Shown piece by piece: positions 7,631 through 16,669 of a stretch of DNA of 42,176 nt. This DNA comes from Oscillospiraceae bacterium (GTDB lineage Bacteria > Bacillota > Clostridia > Oscillospirales > Ruminococcaceae): contig JAVWHI010000002.1 of assembly GCA_036640155.1 (NCBI GenBank), positions 1 through 42,176 of the forward strand, in the 5' to 3' direction. The position numbers and the translations under genes were made by a program. Under the pieces are notes generated by a model. It searched no databases, had not been told where the DNA came from, and worked only from the letters and a program-made list of their open reading frames with translations. Within the stretch, counting starts at the first letter, position 1; each line of letters begins with the position of its first letter.

Positions 7631-8608
7631 ATGAAAAAAAGACTGTTAATTTTAGTTTTTCTTGTTTTGATGCTTTGTGGGCTATTTTCTTCTTGCAAAT
7701 CTGATGATGAAGAAGATGAAAGCTCAAGTTCAAATAGCAGCAAATCAAGCTCGCAAAGTTCATCTTCGGGTTCTTTACCCTCAACAAGTTCGCAAACAGA
7801 CACAACTTCGGCAAACAAAAACCCAAGTAGTAGCAATGAATCTTTTGAGTCAAAACCGACGCAAATAACCGTTAAGGCAACGCCAATAAGTGCTAATGAT
7901 GTTGATAAAAACAAATTATTAGCACTCGAAAACGAGCCGAAAGGTTGGGGACAGGGCGTTATTGTCGATAAAAACAATAGACCGACAAGCTGCGATGTTT
8001 ATCAAAAAAAATACGGTGAATATGGTGCAGTATTTATAAAAGAACAAGAAAATAAAAATGTGTACCTAACCTTTGACGAAGGTTATGAAAACGGATATAC
8101 TGCAAAAATTCTAGACACACTCAAAGAAAAAGATTGTCACGCTGTATTTTTTGTTACTATGGATTATGTTAAAAAGCAAGAAAAACTTGTTAAAAGAATG
8201 ATTGACGAAGGACATGTGGTAGGTAATCATTCGGCGACGCACCCATCAATGCCTAAAGTCTCACAGGAAAAAGCCATTGATGAAATTGTCACTTTGCATA
8301 ATTATATTTGTGAGAAATTTAACTATAATATGACCCTTTTTAGACCGCCTATGGGTGAGTGGTCAACAAGAACACTCGAAATTGCAAAACAACTTGGCTA
8401 TAAAACCGTTTTTTGGAGTTTTGCTTATAAGGACTGGGAAACAGACAAGCAAATGGGAATCGAAAAAGCATACCCAAAAGTAAGCAAGGCTGTTCATAAC
8501 GGAGCTGTTTATTTACTGCATGCTGTTTCTAAAGACAATACCGAGATGTTAGGTAAGCTTATTGATGAAATGAGAAATAAAGGCTTTAGCCTAGATAAAC
8601 TCACTTAA
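7631..8608 (+). CDS. pdaA: Delta-lactam-biosynthetic de-N-acetylase (polysaccharide deacetylase, PdaA-like), predicted lipoprotein
   Basis: The start at 7631 has AAGGA 8 nt upstream (the track start 7610 does not). Signal peptide with lipobox LFSS-C. The catalytic domain matches PdaA blocks remembered from Bacillus: YLTFDEGYENGYT, FFVT, GHVVGNHSATHP, LFRPPMGEWS, GYKTVFWSFAYKDW, GAVYLLHAVSKDN. Confidence 0.85.
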   Translation: MKKRLLILVFLVLMLCGLFSSCKSDDEEDESSSSNSSKSSSQSSSSGSLPSTSSQTDTTSANKNPSSSNESFESKPTQITVKATPISANDVDKNKLLALENEPKGWGQGVIVDKNNRPTSCDVYQKKYGEYGAVFIKEQENKNVYLTFDEGYENGYTAKILDTLKEKDCHAVFFVTMDYVKKQEKLVKRMIDEGHVVGNHSATHPSMPKVSQEKAIDEIVTLHNYICEKFNYNMTLFRPPMGEWSTRTLEIAKQLGYKTVFWSFAYKDWETDKQMGIEKAYPKVSKAVHNGAVYLLHAVSKDNTEMLGKLIDEMRNKGFSLDKLT

Positions 8609-8620
8609 AACACAAATAAT

Positions 8621-8660
8621 GCAAAACTATTGAGGTTAAATCAATAGTTTTGCATTTGTT
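8621..8660 (+). terminator. Intrinsic terminator after pdaA
   Basis: GCAAAACTATTGA / TCAATAGTTTTGC, a perfect 13-bp stem with a 7-nt loop and a T-rich tail. Confidence 0.7.
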
Positions 8661-8694
8661 CATTAATTCATAACATATTTATTTCGTAAAAGAC

Positions 8695-8723
8695 TTGCAG
8701 AAATTAGATATTTTATATATACT
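8695..8723 (+). promoter_or_regulatory. Candidate sigma-A promoter for secA
   Basis: TTGCAG (8695-8700), 17-nt spacer, TATACT (8718-8723). Confidence 0.45.
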
Positions 8724-8763
8724 ATAAGAATACATAATATTTACACGAAGGACTGAAACTTAT

Positions 8764-11502
8764 ATGTCTTTATTTGATAAAATATTTGGCTCATACAGTG
8801 CCAAGGAATTAAAAGCAATACAACCTATTAAACAGAAAGTATTGGATCTTGAAAGCACTTATCAGTCAATGTCTGACACTCAATTGCGTGCGCAAACACA
8901 AATTCTAAGAGAACGCCTTGAAACACAAACTCTTGATGATATTTTGCCTGATGCTTTTGCGGTTTGTCGTGAAGCAGCATGGCGTGTTTTAGGTATGAAG
9001 CCATTCCCTGTACAAATTATAGGTGGTATAGTTTTGCATCAAGGCCGTATAGCTGAAATGAAAACCGGTGAAGGTAAAACTCTAGTTGCAACTTTGCCAG
9101 CTTACTTAAATGCACTTTCAGGTGAAGGTGTTCACATCGTTACAGTAAACGACTATTTGGCAAAATATCATTCTGAATGGATGGGTAAAGTTTACCGCTT
9201 TCTAGGCTTAAGCGTTGGACTTATTATTCATGATATGTCGAATGAAGAAAAACGAGTAGCGTATAATAGTGATATAACATATGCTACAAACAACGAACTA
9301 GGCTTTGATTATCTGCGTGATAATATGGTGACTTACAAAAAAGATAAAGTTCAACGTGATTTCCATTTTGCTATTGTTGATGAGGTTGACTCGATTTTAA
9401 TAGATGAAGCAAGAACGCCTCTTATTATATCGGGACCTGGTGATAAATCAACCGATTTATATAATATTGCAGATTCATTTGCAAAAAGGTTAAAAGTTTT
9501 TAAAATTATTGAGCAAGATACAAAATTACATTATGATGATGTTGATGCTGATTACATTGTTGATGAAAAAGCTAAAACAGCCGCTTTGACACCTGCCGGT
9601 ATTAAAAAAGCCGAGGAGTTTTTTGGCATTGAAAACCTTGCAGACGGCGAAAATATTACAATTCAACATCATATTAATCAAGCTATCAAGGCTCATGGAA
9701 TTATGAAAAACGAAGTCGACTATGTTATTAAAGACGGTGAAGTTATAATTGTTGACGAGTTCACAGGTCGTTTGATGATAGGTAGACGTTATAATGAAGG
9801 TTTACATCAAGCAATTGAAGCAAAAGAAGGCGTTAAAGTTGCTCGTGAGTCAAAAACACTTGCTACTATAACTTTCCAGAATTATTTTAGACTTTATAAA
9901 AAACTTTCCGGTATGACCGGTACAGCTCTTACAGAAGAAGAGGAGTTCCAAGAAATATACAACTTGGATATAATTGAAATTCCTACAAATAAACCTACAA
10001 TAAGGTCAGATCACGATGACGTCGTATATAAAACAGAACAAGCAAAATTTAATGCGGTAATTGACCAGATTGTCACTTCACACGCAAAAGGACAGCCAGT
10101 TTTGGTCGGTACGATTTCAATTGATAAATCTGAACTTTTAAGCTCAATGCTTAAAAAACGTGGAATAAAACACGAAGTTTTAAATGCAAAATACCACGAA
10201 AAAGAGGCAGAAATTATAGCACAAGCCGGTAAAAAGGGTGCTGTAACAATAGCAACTAATATGGCAGGCCGTGGTACAGATATTATCCTTGGCGGTAATG
10301 CAGACCTTATGGCAACTGCTCAAATGCGTAAGCTGGGATTCGACGAAGAATTGATTTTAGCTGCAACTAGTTTTGGCGAAACTGATAATGAAGAAGTAAT
10401 ACAGGCTCGTAATAAATATCAAGAATTAAACGCAGAGTATAAAAAACAAGTACAGCCGGAAGCTTTAGAAGTTAAGAATGCCGGAGGATTATTTATAATC
10501 GGTACCGAACGACATGAATCACGTCGTATAGACAATCAGTTACGTGGACGTGCAGGTCGTCAGGGAGACGAGGGTGAGAGTAGATTTTACATTTCGTTTG
10601 AAGATGATTTAATGAGATTATTTGGTGGTGAAAAGATTCAAAGTCTTATGTCAACATTGAAAGTCGAAGAGGATCAGCCTATTCAGATGAAGATGCTAAC
10701 TAACACGATAGAATCAGCTCAACGAAAAGTTGAGGGTAGAAACTTTGGGATTCGTAAAAACGTCTTGAAATTTGATGATGTTATGAATAAGCAACGTGAG
10801 ATTATTTATGGTCAACGTGCAAAAGTTCTTAATAACGACGATATAAAAGACAGCATTATGAGTATGCTCAACGAAAATATTATTGAAACTGTTACAACAT
10901 ACCTACCTAATTCGGAAGTTCATGATAATTGGAACATTGATGGTTTACGCAATCATTATCTAGGACTTCTAACAACAGAAGATGATTTACATTATGATGT
11001 GAATCAGCTTGCTGATATTGAACAAAAAGATATAATTCTAGAACTCACAAACAGAGCGCTTTCACTTTATGAACAGCGTGAACAAGACCTAGGCAGCGAT
11101 GTAATGCGTGAACTTGAGCGTGTTGTTCTTCTTAAAAACGTTGATATTAAATGGGTTGACCATATCGATGCTATGGACGAACTTAAAAAAGGAATATATC
11201 TACGTGCATATGGACAAAAGGACCCGGTTGTTGAATACCGAGTTGAGGGCTTTGATATGTTTGACGAAATGATAAGTTCTATTCGTGAAGACACAGTTAA
11301 GATGCTTTTGACTATTAAAATTAAACAGCAAGAAGAAATAAAACGTGAGCAAGTTGCAAAACCAACAATGGCATTTCATGGTGACAGCGACAGAAGCGTT
11401 AAAAAGCAACCAATTAAAAAAGATAAAATCTCAGCAAATGAGCCTTGCCCATGCGGAAGCGGAAAAAAATACAAAAAGTGCTGTGGATTAAACGAGCAAT
11501 AA
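8764..11502 (+). CDS. secA: Preprotein translocase ATPase SecA
   Basis: 912 aa. MKTGEGKTL Walker [24 protein letters not shown]-like box, [10 protein letters not shown], and a C-terminal zinc-binding tail [14 protein letters not shown]. Confidence 0.97.
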   Translation: MSLFDKIFGSYSAKELKAIQPIKQKVLDLESTYQSMSDTQLRAQTQILRERLETQTLDDILPDAFAVCREAAWRVLGMKPFPVQIIGGIVLHQGRIAEMKTGEGKTLVATLPAYLNALSGEGVHIVTVNDYLAKYHSEWMGKVYRFLGLSVGLIIHDMSNEEKRVAYNSDITYATNNELGFDYLRDNMVTYKKDKVQRDFHFAIVDEVDSILIDEARTPLIISGPGDKSTDLYNIADSFAKRLKVFKIIEQDTKLHYDDVDADYIVDEKAKTAALTPAGIKKAEEFFGIENLADGENITIQHHINQAIKAHGIMKNEVDYVIKDGEVIIVDEFTGRLMIGRRYNEGLHQAIEAKEGVKVARESKTLATITFQNYFRLYKKLSGMTGTALTEEEEFQEIYNLDIIEIPTNKPTIRSDHDDVVYKTEQAKFNAVIDQIVTSHAKGQPVLVGTISIDKSELLSSMLKKRGIKHEVLNAKYHEKEAEIIAQAGKKGAVTIATNMAGRGTDIILGGNADLMATAQMRKLGFDEELILAATSFGETDNEEVIQARNKYQELNAEYKKQVQPEALEVKNAGGLFIIGTERHESRRIDNQLRGRAGRQGDEGESRFYISFEDDLMRLFGGEKIQSLMSTLKVEEDQPIQMKMLTNTIESAQRKVEGRNFGIRKNVLKFDDVMNKQREIIYGQRAKVLNNDDIKDSIMSMLNENIIETVTTYLPNSEVHDNWNIDGLRNHYLGLLTTEDDLHYDVNQLADIEQKDIILELTNRALSLYEQREQDLGSDVMRELERVVLLKNVDIKWVDHIDAMDELKKGIYLRAYGQKDPVVEYRVEGFDMFDEMISSIREDTVKMLLTIKIKQQEEIKREQVAKPTMAFHGDSDRSVKKQPIKKDKISANEPCPCGSGKKYKKCCGLNEQ

Positions 11503-11513
11503 ATTTAATATAA

Positions 11514-11554
11514 GTCAGTCGCAAAATCCTGACTATAAATAAAACTACGAAGGG
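11514..11554 (+). promoter_or_regulatory. preQ1-I riboswitch (translational type)
   Basis: GTCAG-TCGCAAAATC-CTGAC hairpin followed by the A-rich tail TATAAATAAAACTA and then GAAGGG (the SD). It aligns closely with the Thermoanaerobacter preQ1-I aptamer as I remember it (CUGGG UCGCAGUAACC CCAG UUAACAAAACAAGG). It lies directly upstream of a queT-family gene, the classic context. Confidence 0.8.
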
Positions 11555-11566
11555 AATTTGAATGTC

Positions 11567-12094
11567 ATGTCTTTGAACTCGCAAAGAATTACAAAAACAG
11601 CCATGATTGCCGGTATTTATGCTGCATTGACATTTGCAACGTTTTTCATTTCATTTGGAGCAATTCAGTTTCGAGTGAGTGAAGTGTTGACTGTGCTTCC
11701 CGTGTTTACACCACTAGCTGTGGCGGGAGTGTCGGTTGGATGCTTGGTTGCTAATCTCATTGGAGCGTTAGTAGGAGCTAATCCTGTAGGACTTATTGAT
11801 GCAGTCTTTGGGACGGCGGCAACATGTATTTCGGCTATATTAACTTATCAAATAGGAAAAATCAAAAGCAAACGGATGAAATTTATTTTAGCACCACTGC
11901 CCCCTGTACTTATTAACTCGGTAATTGTAGGGTGGGAAATATCTTATTTCTTTATGGGAGCCGCCTCACCTCAAATTTTGATTATTAACATGATTTATGT
12001 TTTTATTGGGCAATTTGTTGTGTGTTATGGGCTAGGTTGCATACTAATGGCAGTTTTATATAAAAATAATTTATATAAAAAAATATTTGCTTGA
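11567..12094 (+). CDS. queT: Queuosine-precursor transporter QueT (ECF S-component-like)
   Basis: 5-6 TM segments. N-terminus TKTAMIAGIYAALTF....FGAIQFRVSEVLTVLP is typical of QueT. The ATG at 11567 is in frame with the track TTG at 11558, which is only 3 nt from the SD. Confidence 0.85.
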   Translation: MSLNSQRITKTAMIAGIYAALTFATFFISFGAIQFRVSEVLTVLPVFTPLAVAGVSVGCLVANLIGALVGANPVGLIDAVFGTAATCISAILTYQIGKIKSKRMKFILAPLPPVLINSVIVGWEISYFFMGAASPQILIINMIYVFIGQFVVCYGLGCILMAVLYKNNLYKKIFA

Positions 12095-12119
12095 TTTTAC
12101 ACGAAAAATTTGTTAATAT
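12091..12119 (+). promoter_or_regulatory. Candidate promoter for the 43-aa ORF
   Basis: TTGATT (12091-12096), 17-nt spacer, TAATAT (12114-12119) with a TGt extension. Confidence 0.4.
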
Positions 12120-12173
12120 TATATTGTAAGGTATTAATACTCTGGGATACAATTTATTTAAGGAGTGTCGACT

Positions 12174-12305
12174 ATGAAATGTTTTTTAAAGGCTATATTT
12201 GCTATTATCTCTACTCTTGCACTACTCAAGGCAATTCAAGTAGGCATTGATTATCTTTATCAAAATTACGGAAAAAAATATATCAGTACGGATGATATAT
12301 CATAA
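12174..12305 (+). CDS. Small hydrophobic peptide, 43 aa (below the ORF-track cutoff), unknown function
   Basis: ATG at 12174, preceded by AAGGAG (12160-12165) at 8-nt spacing. Translation: MKCFLKAIFAIISTLALLKAIQVGIDYLYQNYGKKYISTDDIS. It has its own promoter-like element and is followed by a very strong terminator. Confidence 0.45.
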   Translation: MKCFLKAIFAIISTLALLKAIQVGIDYLYQNYGKKYISTDDIS

Positions 12306-12329
12306 AAATAAGGGTGTTGCTTGCCCTTA

Positions 12330-12372
12330 GTTAACAAGGTCGCTTCATGTGGCGACCTTGTTAACGTTTTTC
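12330..12372 (+). terminator. Intrinsic terminator
   Basis: GTTAACAAGGTCGC / GCGACCTTGTTAAC, a perfect 14-bp stem with an 8-nt loop, followed by GTTTTTCG. It lies inside the 5' extension of the track ORF 12349-13839, which argues against that extension. Confidence 0.8.
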
Positions 12373-12408
12373 GTGGTTTTACAAACAATTTGTAAGGAGA
12401 ATGCGGTT

Positions 12409-13839
12409 ATGAAAAATAGCTATGAAAGTCCATTTTGTACAAGATATGCAAGTGAAGAAATGCAGTTTGTTTTTTCCTCGGACAAGAAGTTTGTGACGTG
12501 GAGAAAACTTTGGGTTGCACTTGCAAGAGCCGAAATGAAACTGGGACTTCCAATTACTAAAGAACAAGTTGAACAACTTGTAGAAAATGTTGCAAACATA
12601 AATTACGATGTTGCAGATAAACGTGAAAAGCAGGTAAGACATGATGTAATGGCACATGTTTATGCTTATGGGGAGCAATGCCCTCTTGCAAAAGGAATTA
12701 TACATCTCGGTGCAACTTCTTGCTATGTTTGCGACAATACTGATATAATAATAATGCGTGATGCACTTAAAATCGTTAAAAGAAAACTTATTAACGTAAT
12801 CGATTTGTTAGGAAACTTTGCTCAAAAGTATAAAGATTTACCGTCATTAGCATACACTCATTTGCAACCGGCACAGCTAACAACCATAGGCAAAAGAGCG
12901 ACACTTTGGCTAAATGAGCTTGTTATGGATTTAGATGAGATTGAATACCGAATTGCAGGAATGAAGTTGTTAGGCTCAAAGGGAACAACAGGCACGCAGG
13001 CAAGTTTTGTTGAACTTTTTGATGGAGACAGCAAAAAAATCAAAAAACTAGAAGAATACATAGCAAAAGAAATGGAATTTGATGCTGTAATGCCAGTTTC
13101 GGGTCAAACGTATTCACGAAAACTTGACTCACAGGTGCTATCAACACTTAGTGGCATTGCACAAAGTTGCAGTAAATTTTCAAATGATATGAGACTACTT
13201 CAAAACTTCAAGGAGATGGAAGAGCCTTTTGAAAAAAACCAAATAGGTTCGTCTGCAATGCCATATAAACGTAATCCAATGCGTTCGGAAAGAATAACCT
13301 CTCTTGCAAGATATGTTATGATAGATAGCCTAAACCCGGCATTTACAGCAGGAACGCAGTGGTTTGAAAGAACGCTTGATGACAGTGCTAATAAGCGTGT
13401 CAGCGTACCGGAGGCGTTTTTAGCAGTTGACGCTATTTTAAATATTATGCTAAACATCTGTGATGGACTGGTTGTTTACCCTAAAGTAATAGAACAACGA
13501 GTGCTTAAAGAACTACCTTTTATGGCAACAGAAAATATTATGATGACAGCTGTTAAAAAAGGTGGAGACAGACAAGAACTGCATGAAAAATTAAGAGAAC
13601 ACTCAATAGCTGCTGCAAAGGTTGTTAAAGAAGAGGGCGGCGAAAACGACCTTGTATGTAGAATTAGTAAAGATCCTGCATTTAATTTATCTATTGATGA
13701 AATAAATGCCATTATGAAGCCAATTAATTTTGTTGGAAGAAGTGTTGAGCAGGTGGAAGAGTACCTACAAGACTACATTGAGCCAATTAGAAGACAAAAT
13801 AAAGATATTTTGGGGGAAAATGCACAACTTAGTGTATAA
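12409..13839 (+). CDS. purB: Adenylosuccinate lyase
   Basis: The start at 12409 has AAGGAG 7 nt upstream. Fumarate-lyase signature GSSAMPYKRNP. N-terminus YESPFCTRYASEEM is typical of PurB. Confidence 0.95.
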   Translation: MKNSYESPFCTRYASEEMQFVFSSDKKFVTWRKLWVALARAEMKLGLPITKEQVEQLVENVANINYDVADKREKQVRHDVMAHVYAYGEQCPLAKGIIHLGATSCYVCDNTDIIIMRDALKIVKRKLINVIDLLGNFAQKYKDLPSLAYTHLQPAQLTTIGKRATLWLNELVMDLDEIEYRIAGMKLLGSKGTTGTQASFVELFDGDSKKIKKLEEYIAKEMEFDAVMPVSGQTYSRKLDSQVLSTLSGIAQSCSKFSNDMRLLQNFKEMEEPFEKNQIGSSAMPYKRNPMRSERITSLARYVMIDSLNPAFTAGTQWFERTLDDSANKRVSVPEAFLAVDAILNIMLNICDGLVVYPKVIEQRVLKELPFMATENIMMTAVKKGGDRQELHEKLREHSIAAAKVVKEEGGENDLVCRISKDPAFNLSIDEINAIMKPINFVGRSVEQVEEYLQDYIEPIRRQNKDILGENAQLSV

Positions 13840-13844
13840 TTTTC

Positions 13845-13873
13845 TTGACTTATGCAAAAAAATATCATATAAT
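13845..13873 (+). promoter_or_regulatory. Sigma-A type promoter for secDF
   Basis: TTGACT (13845-13850), 17-nt spacer, TATAAT (13868-13873). Confidence 0.6.
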
Positions 13874-13972
13874 TAAAGTTATGTTGTTGATATTGTTATA
13901 GTGGTTAATGAAGCGATCGGCTTTAATATACTTTATTGGCGAGTGCCAAATTCGAATTTGGAGGAAAGACCC

Positions 13973-15376
13973 ATGAAACGTGTTGGAAAACCGATATTTT
14001 TTGTAGTGGCAATCTTTATCGCTGTTTTTACTTGTCTTACTTTTTTTGGAGTTAGTACATATTACGGTGATAAGGAAACGATTATTGTAAAGGGAGCAGA
14101 TGATATCCGTTGGGGTATTGATATCCGTGGTGGTGTTGACGTAACATTTACTCCGCCGGCAGATATTACGCCTGATGAAGCGCAAATGAATGCAGCATCA
14201 GAAGCTATGCGTCAAAGACTTGTTTCTCTTAACATTACTGACTACGAAGTTTTCACTGATGTTGATGATGCAAGAATCATTGTTCAGTTTCCGTGGAAAG
14301 AAGGAGAAGCTGATTTTGATCCAGAGGCAGCAATCCAAGAACTTGGTGCAACTGCTAATTTGACGTTCAGAGAAGGAAATCAAACAGACGAAGAAGGCAA
14401 AATTACAGGCATCACGAAAAACGTTATACTTGAGGGTAAAAACGTGGATCATGCTGAGGCTCAATTCGGACCTCTTGAAAAAGAAGGACAAAACGAATAT
14501 TATATTGCCTTAACTCTTGATCCAGATGGAGCAAGAGCGTTTGCTGATGCGACTGCAAAGTTAGCACCACAACAAGGCTCGATATCTATTTGGATGGATG
14601 AGGAAATGATATCAAACGCTTCGGTTAAAAGTGTTATTCCTGATGGAAAAGCAACTATTTCCGGAAACTTTGATAAAGACAGTGCAACAGCACTAGCAAA
14701 CAAAATCAATGCAGGTGCGTTGCCTTTCAAACTTGAAACAAAAACTTACAACACTTTATCACCAAAACTTGGTGAGGGTGCTAAAAACGCAATGCTTATT
14801 TCGGGAGTTATTGCATTCTTGTTAATTGCAATATTTATTATTAAACTTTACAAATTACCTGGTGTTATTGCTGTTATTGCTTTAATTGGGCAAATCGCAG
14901 GAATGGTGGCATCAACATCTGGATTCTTTGATGGAATTAACAGCTTTACATTAACGATACCGGGTATAGCGGGTATTATTTTATCAATAGGTATGGGCGT
15001 GGATGCGAACATTATAACCGCAGAGCGTATCAAAGAGGAAATTAATAACGGAAAGTCCATCGATGGCTCAATTGACGCCGGCTATGATAGAGCGTTTTCT
15101 GCTATACTAGATGGTAACGTAACTGTTATTATAGTTGCAGTTGTTTTAATGGGTGCATTTGGTGCTCCTAATAGTATCTTTGCAAATATGTTTAAGTGGC
15201 TATTTGCAGCATTCCCACAATCAACTCAAGGCTCTATATTCTCATTTGGTTATACATTATTAGTCGGGGTTATATTAAACTTTGTTTGTGGTGTAACAGC
15301 TTCAAGACTTATGTTGAAATCAATTTCTAAATTTAAGTGCTTCCGCAAACCTAAGCTATATGGAGGTGCTAAATAA
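13973..15376 (+). CDS. secD: Protein translocase subunit SecD
   Basis: The ATG at 13973 has GGAGG upstream. N-terminal TM, a large periplasmic-type domain (GIDIRGGV, ELGATANLTFRE) and a C-terminal 5-TM block. The track start at 13901 adds 24 non-conserved residues. Confidence 0.93.
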   Translation: MKRVGKPIFFVVAIFIAVFTCLTFFGVSTYYGDKETIIVKGADDIRWGIDIRGGVDVTFTPPADITPDEAQMNAASEAMRQRLVSLNITDYEVFTDVDDARIIVQFPWKEGEADFDPEAAIQELGATANLTFREGNQTDEEGKITGITKNVILEGKNVDHAEAQFGPLEKEGQNEYYIALTLDPDGARAFADATAKLAPQQGSISIWMDEEMISNASVKSVIPDGKATISGNFDKDSATALANKINAGALPFKLETKTYNTLSPKLGEGAKNAMLISGVIAFLLIAIFIIKLYKLPGVIAVIALIGQIAGMVASTSGFFDGINSFTLTIPGIAGIILSIGMGVDANIITAERIKEEINNGKSIDGSIDAGYDRAFSAILDGNVTVIIVAVVLMGAFGAPNSIFANMFKWLFAAFPQSTQGSIFSFGYTLLVGVILNFVCGVTASRLMLKSISKFKCFRKPKLYGGAK

Positions 15377-16320
15377 TGAAAAAGTTGAACATAGATTTTT
15401 ACGGAAAAAGAAAAATATTCTTCTCCATTTCCGCTGTATTGTTTGCGATTATTGCAGCAGTAGCAATATTTGCCGGTGTCTTACTTGACATTTCGTTTAA
15501 GGGCGGTACAATTATTTCTTATGAATACGATACAAGTATTGATTTAGATGAACTCCAAAAAACAGTTGAAGACACAATTGGTGAAAGCGTGTTTATCCAA
15601 ACCAAAAAAGGTCTCAACGGACAAGATACATTCGATATTTCTCTTGCAAACGACGAGGGACTTAACGCTGATAAACAATCCGAACTAGCTAAAAAACTTG
15701 AGGATAAATACGGTGATAAAATTGCAGCCGGTGAAAGCAAGAGTGTTGATGCAACAATCGGTAACGAATTTTTCCAAAAGAGCCTTTTGGCAATTGCGTT
15801 TGCAGCATTATTGTTAATCATTTATGTTGCTATAAGATTTAGAAAAATCGGTGGTTGGTCAGCAGGTGTTACAGGAGTTGCAGCACTAGCGCATGACGTT
15901 ATTATCGTCTTTGGTACATTTGTTATATTAAGAATACCACTTGACTATAACTTTATCGCAGTTGTTTTGACAATCTTAGGATATTCTATTAATGATACAA
16001 TCGTTATTTACGACCGTGTACGTGAAAATGAGCATATTTATGGTAAGTCAATGCCAATAGCACAGCTTGTAAATAATAGTATAAATGAAACGCTTGGAAG
16101 AACAATCAACACTTCAATAGCAACCTTTATTTCCATGGCTGTTGTAAGCATTGTTGCTATGATAATGGGCGTTCAGTCTATACTTAACTTCTCTGTTCCT
16201 ATGGCAATAGGTATGATTTCAGGTACTTATTCAACCATATTTATTGCAGGTCCATTGTGGGTTATGTGGCAGCAATTTAAAGAAAAAAGAAGTAAAAATA
16301 AAGGTAAAGCAAAGAAATAA
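15376..16320 (+). CDS. secF: Protein translocase subunit SecF
   Basis: The ATG overlaps the secD stop (TAATG). Motifs SFKGGT, INDTIVIYDRVREN, and a 6-TM topology. Confidence 0.93.
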   Translation: MKKLNIDFYGKRKIFFSISAVLFAIIAAVAIFAGVLLDISFKGGTIISYEYDTSIDLDELQKTVEDTIGESVFIQTKKGLNGQDTFDISLANDEGLNADKQSELAKKLEDKYGDKIAAGESKSVDATIGNEFFQKSLLAIAFAALLLIIYVAIRFRKIGGWSAGVTGVAALAHDVIIVFGTFVILRIPLDYNFIAVVLTILGYSINDTIVIYDRVRENEHIYGKSMPIAQLVNNSINETLGRTINTSIATFISMAVVSIVAMIMGVQSILNFSVPMAIGMISGTYSTIFIAGPLWVMWQQFKEKRSKNKGKAKK

Positions 16321-16400
16321 AAGTGAATTTTAATCAAGCGTCAAATTTTCCTGGCTTTATGCTAATAGTTGTGGTGTGAAAAGGGAAATTCGATAAAATG

Positions 16401-16445
16401 AAAACAAGTGATGGCGTTAAGCTGTCACTTGTTTTTATTTTATTT
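16401..16445 (+). terminator. Intrinsic terminator after secF
   Basis: AAAACAAGTGA / TCACTTGTTTT, an 11-bp stem with a 13-nt loop, followed by TATTTTATTTT. Confidence 0.6.
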
Positions 16446-16521
16446 TATTTAATAAAAAAACTATAAATATAATTACAAAAGAGCTTAAACATCTAAGGCA
16501 CAATCTTTATAAAATAACTAA

Positions 16522-16602
16522 AGAGCATAATTTGCACCTTTTTAAAATGGTTCATAACAATTCCATTTAAAAGGATTATTGCAAATTATGCTCTGTTTTT
16601 TT
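16522..16602. terminator. Long hairpin terminator (best on + strand, possibly bidirectional)
   Basis: AGAGCATAATTTGCA (16522-16536) pairs with TGCAAATTATGCTCT (16580-16594), a perfect 15 bp. An inner CCTTTTTAAAATGG / CCATTTAAAAGG helix extends the stem. G+TTTTTTT follows (16595-16602). The minus-strand side has only a broken U-tract. Confidence 0.6.
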
Positions 16603-16669
16603 AATCTGTTTTCACATTATTTTAGTATGGCATAGGCAAAGTTAATTATTTCAACTTTTAATATAAGAC

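Noticed and set aside
7591-7977. 128-aa minus-strand ORF, plus the 74-aa (7629-7853) and 63-aa (7677-7868) ORFs
   Set aside because: These are shadow frames of the Ser-rich low-complexity linker of pdaA. They have no start context and no recognisable family.
12349-12408. 5' extension of purB (track start 12349)
   Set aside because: It begins inside the perfect 14-bp terminator hairpin (12330-12372). The ATG at 12409 has an AAGGAG RBS and gives the conserved PurB N-terminus.
16398-16466. 22-aa ORF (MKTSDGVKLSLVFILFYLIKKL) after secF
   Set aside because: It coincides with the secF terminator hairpin and U-run. The SD-like sequence is poorly spaced. It is most likely not translated.
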